64,000 nucleotides of DNA from the NCBI GenBank assembly GCA_965205675.1, contig OZ242186.1, positions 672,001-736,000 of the forward strand, in the 5' to 3' direction. This DNA is from Nitrosopumilus sp. Its GTDB lineage: Archaea; Thermoproteota; Nitrososphaeria; Nitrososphaerales; Nitrosopumilaceae. Both the position numbers and the translations under genes were made by a program. The notes below the pieces were generated by a model. It saw only the letters and a program-made list of their open reading frames with translations, searched no databases and was not told the DNA's origin. This document shows positions 56,762 to 64,000 of this stretch, piece by piece. Numbering within the stretch: position 1 is the first letter of the stretch; the number at the start of each line of letters is the position of its first letter.

Positions 56762-58282
56762 TTAACTTAGTAAACAATATGCATATGATGGATTAAATGA
56801 TGGGTACATGATGTTGTCTTTTTCATTCACATGTTGCAGTCCTATTGAATGACCTAGTTCATGTGTCATGATTGTTTCAACACTTTTTACGTCATACAAT
56901 TGAAAACTTCCATCACAATTATAATCCCCCAAAGTAACTTCTACTACTCCTTTTCCAATATGTGCATGTCCTAAAATTTGATCTGGCTTACATGGTTCTT
57001 TCCCGTCTTTTACTTGGTCTTTCTGTCTGTCTTCAGAGCATAATTCTCTTACAACCCATGTTACCCAAACATTGGCATTAAATTTTTTATTTGTAATCTC
57101 AAATTTTATTTTCGCATTTTGTTCTCCTATTTTTAATTCTTGTTTCTCCCAAAACGAAAAAGAATTCTTCAACGTACTTACATGATCTAGTGGAAGTCCT
57201 GTTGGCTGATCATTGATGAATACTTTGTAATTGATAATATATGATCCTTCATCAATTTCATATGTTGGGTCTGGAAATTTACTTGATGCTTGCTTTACTT
57301 CTTGCTCAAAATTCCATTTTACATAATCTCTGAGGAATTTTTTTATGACGTCTTGACTTGGATTGGGATACTCTATGTATCTTTTTTCTTTGGATATGTT
57401 CTTTGAAATGTCTCGGAGGTATCTCTCAAATAAGTAAAATTCTTCATCTAATTCTTTCTGAGATTTTTGTGGTTTATCTTCTACATTAACAACAATTATT
57501 CCATTCTCAATCAAATGTTGAATCCCTGATACAAATGCTTCATTCTCTATTTGTTTATCTGCCCACCCTTCTGCATTATTTTTTATCCATTCTGGAATGT
57601 TTTTGTCTGGTTGGTTTAGTACTTTTACTGGTGGAATTTTGATAATTTTATTTTCTATCAAATACATTAATACTGAATTAAATTCTGAATCTTGCATACT
57701 TCCATCTGACCACCATTTGGCAATTGGTCTTACCCATTCTGGAATTGTAGTTATCTCTACTTGGCTTGAATTCTCTGGTTTTTCAGTTGCTATGTAGGGG
57801 TATTTTGAAATTATATTCTTGATGAAATTTTTATAATTATTTATCACCACACTATCTGGTTTTTCATCTGATGCTTTTTCAAAATATGATATTGATTCTT
57901 GATATTCTCCCAAATTCCCAAACCCTATACCCATACCTGTCAAAGATATGACGTCATCTGGTTCGTATTGCAATACTTTGAAAAATTGTTTTAGAGAGTT
58001 ATTATGATCATTGAGATTATTTTCAACAATACCTTTCATTTTTAGAGTCGCAATGTTATTTGGAGCGCTTTCTAGTATGTCGTCATAAAGTGTTATTGCC
58101 TCTTTGTATTCCCCCTGAATGAAATGTTCCCTAGCTAAATTGAATTTGAATTCAAGCTCTTCTTCTGTTTGCGCAAATGATGTACCCTCAAGAGCTGTTA
58201 AACTAAACAACAATATTATTAAGAAATAAAATACATTCATTCTATTTTTCATATCTTCATTTTGTTTATACTTTATTTTCAA
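56762..58282 (-). CDS. Secreted TPR plus matrixin-like (metzincin) metalloprotease
   Basis: Signal peptide, TPRs, IPEW repeats, HELGHSIGLQH and Met-turn IMYP. Confidence 0.85.
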   Translation of the reverse strand: MKIKYKQNEDMKNRMNVFYFLIILLFSLTALEGTSFAQTEEELEFKFNLAREHFIQGEYKEAITLYDDILESAPNNIATLKMKGIVENNLNDHNNSLKQFFKVLQYEPDDVISLTGMGIGFGNLGEYQESISYFEKASDEKPDSVVINNYKNFIKNIISKYPYIATEKPENSSQVEITTIPEWVRPIAKWWSDGSMQDSEFNSVLMYLIENKIIKIPPVKVLNQPDKNIPEWIKNNAEGWADKQIENEAFVSGIQHLIENGIIVVNVEDKPQKSQKELDEEFYLFERYLRDISKNISKEKRYIEYPNPSQDVIKKFLRDYVKWNFEQEVKQASSKFPDPTYEIDEGSYIINYKVFINDQPTGLPLDHVSTLKNSFSFWEKQELKIGEQNAKIKFEITNKKFNANVWVTWVVRELCSEDRQKDQVKDGKEPCKPDQILGHAHIGKGVVEVTLGDYNCDGSFQLYDVKSVETIMTHELGHSIGLQHVNEKDNIMYPSFNPSYAYCLLS

Positions 58283-58374
58283 TTTCTACTTTATTCAAGC
58301 CTATTTTTATTTGAATTTGTGATTAGTTTACCTTATTTCGAAAATCTTTAATTCACTAATAACCTCATAATTCC

Positions 58375-58713
58375 ATGTTGACAAACATTGGAGCTGGTGG
58401 AATCATTTATGATCTACGTAAAAAAATCCAAGAAATTCAAGCAGATTTGGCTCAATTAGACCATCCTGTATCTGAAATTCCTGAAATGATTGAATCTTCA
58501 AACTTACTGCGTTCTAATCGATATCTTTCACAGGCAAATGATAAGAAAACTGAGCTATTATCTGCATACGAACAATATTCTGTGGCCCTTGAGGAATTAC
58601 TTGCATCTGTTTTTGAGATACAAAAGGATCTTAAAGAAATTCTCAAAGAACAATCGTCGTTAATTTCAACTCCTAGAAAAAAACCCTCAAAACCAAAATC
58701 TAAGAAAAAATGA
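58375..58713 (+). CDS. Hypothetical coiled-coil protein
   Basis: 112-aa helical ORF. Confidence 0.7.
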   Translation: MLTNIGAGGIIYDLRKKIQEIQADLAQLDHPVSEIPEMIESSNLLRSNRYLSQANDKKTELLSAYEQYSVALEELLASVFEIQKDLKEILKEQSSLISTPRKKPSKPKSKKK

Positions 58714-58715
58714 TT

Positions 58716-59723
58716 CTATTTTGATAAATGCGTAATGTCCCCTGCAACCACTTTGTGACTTTTGCTATTGTGTAAAACTATCAATGAACCATCATCATCA
58801 ATTTTGATTGCTTTTCCTTTTATGTTGGAATCTGTTGTGTTTAATTCAACTTGTTTGCCTATTGTTGATGATCTTAGAGTCCACTCTGAAATTATCTTTT
58901 TAGTTTGCTTTGCATTAAGAGAATCGTAAATTTTTTCTAATTCCATCAAAAAAGTCTGAACTAAATGAATTGGTCTGTTGCTGTGTTTTTGATTATTAAG
59001 AGAAGCTACTCCATAGAAATTTGGTGTATTTTTGAGTAGTTTTTCAATTTGTTTTACATTTATATCGAAATTTATGCCGACTCCTAAAACTAAACTTTCA
59101 ATTTTATTTGATTCTAATGATGCATCTACTAATATTCCTGCTACTTTTTTACCTTTGATTGTCACATCATTTGGCCATTTTAATTCTGGTTTAATTGAAA
59201 ATATTTTTTCAATTGCAATTGATAGCGCTAATGATGCTGCAATTGGAAATAATGTTGTAACGAAGATGTCAAATTTTGGACGTAGTATAATTGAAATCCC
59301 TATTCCTCCTTTTGGTGAAATCCATTTTCTTCCAGATCTTCCATGACTGTCTGTCTGTTTTTCTGCTACTATCACTGTTCCATCATTTGTGCCTTTTTCT
59401 AAGATTTTCAGTGCTTGATTTTGTGTAGAATCAATTGAATCAAAATAATATGCGTGCTTTCCGATGATTTTTGTTTTTAAATTTGCTGTTATTTCCCAAG
59501 GAAGTAATAATTCTGAATTTGATACTAGTTTATACCCTAATTTTTGTTTTGATTCTACACCATATCCTAACTCTTGAATCTTTTTGATATGCTTCCAAAC
59601 TGCCACTCTGCTAATTTTCAACACATCACTCAAATCTTGCCCTGACAAGTATTCTGTATTATGAGTTTGTAAAAATGTCAGTACTTTAACTAATCCTGGG
59701 TTATCAAATGAATTATACATCAA
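58716..59723 (-). CDS. birA: Biotin-protein ligase with N-terminal HTH
   Basis: SRVAVWKHI, DSTQN, GRSGRKW, KWPND, KVAGIL. Confidence 0.95.
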   Translation of the reverse strand: MMYNSFDNPGLVKVLTFLQTHNTEYLSGQDLSDVLKISRVAVWKHIKKIQELGYGVESKQKLGYKLVSNSELLLPWEITANLKTKIIGKHAYYFDSIDSTQNQALKILEKGTNDGTVIVAEKQTDSHGRSGRKWISPKGGIGISIILRPKFDIFVTTLFPIAASLALSIAIEKIFSIKPELKWPNDVTIKGKKVAGILVDASLESNKIESLVLGVGINFDINVKQIEKLLKNTPNFYGVASLNNQKHSNRPIHLVQTFLMELEKIYDSLNAKQTKKIISEWTLRSSTIGKQVELNTTDSNIKGKAIKIDDDGSLIVLHNSKSHKVVAGDITHLSK

Positions 59724-59937
59724 TTAGTTTTTTATTTTATTCTCAAGTATTAAACACAAACGATTGTTCTGATTTAGTAAAGGTGTTTTGCTATTCCTGA
59801 ATATCTACGTCTTGTATGGTTATTTTCTCTTTAACCTTATCATTGGAGGCTAGGCAACAAATATCTATTTAATTTTAAAGTTATCTGATCTCGTTAATTT
59901 ACTAGTTCCGTCAGATTGTATAAATTATTAGGAATGA

Positions 59938-60225
59938 TTATTCCCTACCGTACAAGTTCTTATGGTCATCTAAATCTACAAGATAAACAATGCGCCCTGC
60001 ATAATTTATTGCATAAAGTAAACTGATTGATTTTGTCATGTGCCTACCAAAACAATCTTTGTATTTACCCTGTTTTCTGTCACCAATCTCAGCAGAATCA
60101 TCTACAAATTCTAATTCTTGAATGAAACATTTGTAATTTTTGATCAAGTTCAAATTAGATTTGAATAGTTTTCTCAATTTTCGATCTATTGTATCATCAA
60201 TTGGTTATATGCCCCAAGGATTCAA
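59938..60225 (-). pseudogene. RelE/ParE-like toxin with a nonsense codon at position 7
   Basis: TTG start overlaps the upstream stop; MNPWGI*PIDD...SLLYAINY...LDDHKNLYG. Confidence 0.55.
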
Positions 60226-60633
60226 TCTTTCAAAATCTGATCAATATGTTGTAAATATTCAGAAGAAGTGTATTTTTTACCTTTAACGTTACCCGATTGA
60301 ATCAAATCTAGTTTATCTTCAATTTCTGAATTAATCTTCTTTCTTTCTAAATTAGATTCAGAATTAAACTCAGGGGCACTATTCAACACTATGTCTTTGA
60401 TTCCGCTATTTACAGTATATTTAGGATGCGCTTCATAGATATCTTTCAGAATTGAACTCATGGATTTTTTATTTAATTCGGTGAATTTTTCATGTAAAAT
60501 TTTAATCATTTTATCATGATTTTCCACAAGGTTGCGCAGTACTGCACGGCCTTTAATTTTTAAAGTATAATTATGTATTAATCGATTATTGAAAGTTTGT
60601 TCAACTTGCTCATCAATCAAATTTTGTTTAATA

Positions 60634-60771
60634 GACGTCTTGCGTAATTATTTCTAGGCGTGAATTTTGCTGCAGGATTTTTCAAATTGGTTGAGAAATT
60701 TGAATTTTCAGGTATGAATTCTGTTAAAATACAAAATTTGAGAAAAAATCTCTATAATTACGCAAGAGGTC
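60634..60771. mobile_element. 138-bp MITE
   Basis: TIRs GACGTCTTGCGTAATTAT / ATAATTACGCAAGAGGTC flanked by TAATA duplication; excision restores the host frame. Confidence 0.85.
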
Positions 60772-60896
60772 TAATACACATACTTAGATCTTGAGCTAGC
60801 TGCTGACTATTAGGACCAAATCTATACTTCTCAACGGTGAAGGGCTTGGCAGCTCCCTCGGTGTGAGATAGCTGCTGACTATTAGGACCAAATCTA

Positions 60897-61022
60897 TACT
60901 GTCTAACAAATATTCATGACCCAAAATCTTCCAAATTATGCTAATTCCTGAAATTTAAACTTGAATCTACAATGTACGTAAATCGAGTTCAAAATAGGGT
61001 GACGAATTTTTGTTATTGAGTA
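60897..61022. mobile_element. 126-bp IS630-type MITE, copy 2
   Basis: TA duplication; inverted near-identical copy of 14533-14658. Confidence 0.85.
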
Positions 61023-61423
61023 TATAGGGAACCCAATCATCATAGAAATTCAAACTAGTAGTTCTTTTGAATATAGTTGAGATGTCAAAAAACCATATTT
61101 TTGCATACGAGTGGATCCTTTAATGGTCATATCATTTACTAATAAAACAACACGATCTAAACCGGTCAATTACTATACATACATTTTTGTCATATTTGAA
61201 CTAAGTGTATGTTTTGTAGGATGTCTAATAACGCCCATCACACTTTAGTTGAACAATCTATTGAAAATTACTTCCATCTTCATATGTCACATAAAAAACA
61301 ATGAAGATATCGCACTTCTTATCGATAACAGTATCAAGATTTGTAGCGATGCCTGGTTAACTTACCAGTTCCCTAATCTCATGACTTTTCATTTAACAAA
61401 TTTATGACTTTTATGCCTAGTCA

Positions 61424-62230
61424 CTATCTTCTCTTCAGATAACCAGACAATATGCTATCTGCCATCTCAGTAACTTCCATATCTTTTCTCATAGCCAAAC
61501 TATGCAGTTTTCTGGCATTTGTCTTGCTCAATAATATGCTGACTCGCTGTTGTAGTAATCCTTTTTTTGCTTTTTTTAGTAGCTTGATATGAGATGACTT
61601 TGGAGAACGATTCAATGTTTTTAGATACTCTTTTCTTAATTTCTGATCCAATAAAGTGATTTTTTCTGCAATCTTTATTGCTTTTGAAACATTTGGGACT
61701 GCACGATACAGTTTCACACAATCATCACGAGACAATTCCTTTGGGACAAATTGTCTTAGTTTTTCTGGAACTGCTGCAAATCCAAGGTATTTCCTCAACG
61801 TTTGAGAAGAAATTCCCAATGATTTTGCAGCCTTGCTTTTCCCTACAGACTCACTCAAAAACACACAAGCCGCTGTGGTATCTCTTGTGTTCATTTTATT
61901 TCTGTGCAGGTTCTCTACAACTGATGCTGCCTTTGCATTTTCCAAATCATACTTGGTATTATTTGTAAGTAATAGTACGGGTATCTTTTTTGCACCTAAT
62001 CTTTTCAGTGCCGCCAACCTTCTCTGGCCTGACATTAACAAGTATGAATTTTTTGATTCCTTTTGTACCATTGGCGGATTCTGCAATCCCTCGTTTTTTA
62101 TCGAACGTGCCAGTTCTGCAATTCCTTGACGATCAAGTTTTCTTGCCTGTGCGTCACGCCATACCTTGATGTACTTTATTGGAATCTCTTTTAATCGATA
62201 AGTAATTGGAGAATTGTATCTTTTAGCCAT
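61424..62230 (-). CDS. ParB/Srx N-terminal domain protein
   Basis: ELARSIKNEGLQNP, SGQRRLAA, ENLHR followed by an HTH. Confidence 0.88.
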   Translation of the reverse strand: MAKRYNSPITYRLKEIPIKYIKVWRDAQARKLDRQGIAELARSIKNEGLQNPPMVQKESKNSYLLMSGQRRLAALKRLGAKKIPVLLLTNNTKYDLENAKAASVVENLHRNKMNTRDTTAACVFLSESVGKSKAAKSLGISSQTLRKYLGFAAVPEKLRQFVPKELSRDDCVKLYRAVPNVSKAIKIAEKITLLDQKLRKEYLKTLNRSPKSSHIKLLKKAKKGLLQQRVSILLSKTNARKLHSLAMRKDMEVTEMADSILSGYLKRR

Positions 62231-62488
62231 GATTCTATCAATATGTGACTTTTGTTAAGAGATACAGTTATTGGTAATTGACTAAAAATGAAAAAAATAT
62301 TAATGGATTTTTTGCATATGGCAAGAAACACAAGTTTGTGAGTTGTTTCTCAGGCGTTTTATTTGTTTATTCGTACTTATCTTAAGATAAAATCAGCTGT
62401 TTTCCAGTTTTTGGACTCCTTTAATTCATAAATCTTGTCTTTTGACTATGCAAAATTAACGAGTCCAGATTATACACTATTTAAACCA

Positions 62489-62673
62489 AAAAGAGGGTAT
62501 GTATCAAGCCTCATGCCTAGAATTTGTTTTTAGTTTCCATTTTTGTTCCTGATGGGGTAGATGACCTTGATTCATACAAAAGAGGGTATGTATCAAGCCT
62601 CATGCCTAGAATTTGTTTTTAGTTTCCATTTTTGTTCCTGATGGGGTAGATGACCTTGATTCATACAAAAGAG
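62489..62673. repeat. 89-bp perfect tandem duplication
   Basis: AGAGGGTATGTATCAAG...GATTCATACAAA at 62492 and 62581. Confidence 0.92.
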
Positions 62674-62915
62674 ATTGAAAATATCATCGTGCCTCAGAAG
62701 AAAAAGTCGTTTCTTGACCAAGTTGTTTGGCAAAAAAATAACTGAATTACAAATCTTTCTAGTTTTAACCAAAGTACATTATTTAGCTTGTATCTCAATT
62801 CAAAGATGGATAATCTAGACAATTATCCCCCAGATCGTAGGGGTGAACACTTGGATGATGCATAGATTAGTATTATTGGAAAACCTTAATTTGTATACGA
62901 GTCCAATAAAACAGA

Positions 62916-63056
62916 TTGGTTTGTTTTAGATGTGATGGAAAAGGTCAATACAAGAATCAATTCGGGATTATGGAAAAATGTGAATCATGTCAAAAAAAAG
63001 ATATGTCTTTTGAAAAAGTAAACACTGAATCTGATTCTGATGAAGAACGATATTAA
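62916..63056 (+). CDS. Small zinc-finger protein (46 aa)
   Basis: MVCFRCDGKG...CESCQ; TTG start. Confidence 0.5.
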   Translation: MVCFRCDGKGQYKNQFGIMEKCESCQKKDMSFEKVNTESDSDEERY

Positions 63057-63148
63057 GAGATTCTTATTATCCTTAGTTGTTTCTATAAAATTCTAATTTT
63101 GATCTGTATTTTCATTGAGTTTAAATTGTAATTATTTTTAATATTTCT

Positions 63149-63349
63149 ATGGAACAAAAAGCACTAGAATGTCCAGTATGTAAAAGTAGCAAAGCTGAGA
63201 TTGCGGGAGAAGATGTTAAGCTAAGTGGACGTTTTAACAATAAAGAATTCCTTACCACAGAACTAACTGTTCTAAGATGTTCAATGTGTGGATATTATAT
63301 GATGTTTGACAAAAATGCATCATCATTTACAACTAACGATAAACCTTAA
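63149..63349 (+). CDS. Zinc-ribbon small protein
   Basis: CPVCK...CSMCGY. Confidence 0.7.
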   Translation: MEQKALECPVCKSSKAEIAGEDVKLSGRFNNKEFLTTELTVLRCSMCGYYMMFDKNASSFTTNDKP

Positions 63350-63351
63350 TC

Positions 63352-63948
63352 TTATTTGACTAGTTCTTGATTATCTAATTGCAACAGGTATGCTTCTATT
63401 TCTTCAGGTGTTTCAGCACCATATATGATCAATATTCTGTCATCTTCCATGATCTCATAATCTCGAATGTCTGATACCTGTTCTCTGTTGACGAAGAATT
63501 TTAATTTATAATCATCGTTTGAACAAAAAGATTTTCCATCTGGGAAAACATAGCATTGGTCATCTAGTCCTATGGATATTGTATCAAAGAGCCATCCTAA
63601 ATCTACCCCAGTCGCATGTTTGTGAATTGTGGAGCCATCGTTTCCTTCAAAATGAATCCAACTAGACTTGATTTGAAATGCTGGACTGGAAAATTCAAAG
63701 GTATCTCCAAAAATCTTCACTAATAATGCGGCATGTGAGTGCTCACTTCCTAATGCTCCTGCATCTGGTGGGCCCCCTGGTGCAGTCTCAGTTATGTTCA
63801 AAAATAGGTATGCTGCATATCCTACTATTACTGCAATTACAGATAAAACTGCGATTGCAATTAGTGTTTGTTTTCTTTTTTCTGCTGAATGCTTTGTAGC
63901 GTAATTTTCACGTTTCACTTCACGCTCTCGCCTTTCTTTTCGACCCAT
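63352..63948 (-). CDS. Membrane-anchored hypothetical protein
   Basis: Basic N-terminus, TM helix, EHSHA and IHKH motifs. Confidence 0.75.
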   Translation of the reverse strand: MGRKERREREVKRENYATKHSAEKRKQTLIAIAVLSVIAVIVGYAAYLFLNITETAPGGPPDAGALGSEHSHAALLVKIFGDTFEFSSPAFQIKSSWIHFEGNDGSTIHKHATGVDLGWLFDTISIGLDDQCYVFPDGKSFCSNDDYKLKFFVNREQVSDIRDYEIMEDDRILIIYGAETPEEIEAYLLQLDNQELVK

Positions 63949-64000
63949 AGGATGATTTCATTCTAAAATTTACCCTAATTAACCATTCGTCATCTGTATC

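Larger units (their letters stand above)
60222..61175 (-). pseudogene. Panacea/DUF4065(SocA)-like antitoxin disrupted by three insertions
   Basis: Reconstructed IKGSTRMQKYGFL...WVPYRFGPNSQQLAQDLSMCIKQNLIDE...SILKDIYEAHPKY. Confidence 0.7.

Overview
AT-rich chromosomal window from an ammonia-oxidising archaeon (Nitrososphaerota/Thaumarchaeota, Nitrosopumilus-like). The assignment rests on the 16S-23S rRNA operon, rps10-rpo12, DnaJ-ferredoxin, TFB and a 3-hydroxybutyryl-CoA dehydrogenase. Core genes alternate with a decaying accessory region (~12.4-38 kb). That region holds IS630, ISH3-like and IS5/IS982-like elements, a MITE, a HicBA module and a complete type I-B CRISPR-Cas locus (12 repeats). 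It also holds a nickel/nitrogen island: Na+:solute symporter, ureE-ureF, a probable truncated ureG, a Ni permease and a ureohydrolase, with a His-tailed chaperonin just to the left. The right half has a PHA cluster (hydrolase, AbrB/PhaR-like, phasin-like, phaEC), an HNH nuclease and a Panacea/RelE-like toxin-antitoxin pair inactivated by MITE insertions and a nonsense codon. The best novel-system candidate is the symporter plus ureohydrolase pair. These genes lie about 6 kb apart but share a 31-bp upstream element (27/31 identical), suggesting a co-regulated route from a guanidino compound to urea/ammonia, possibly Ni-linked. The many IS elements and pseudogenes would fit a host-associated lineage (inference). 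All calls come from reading motifs; no searches were run.
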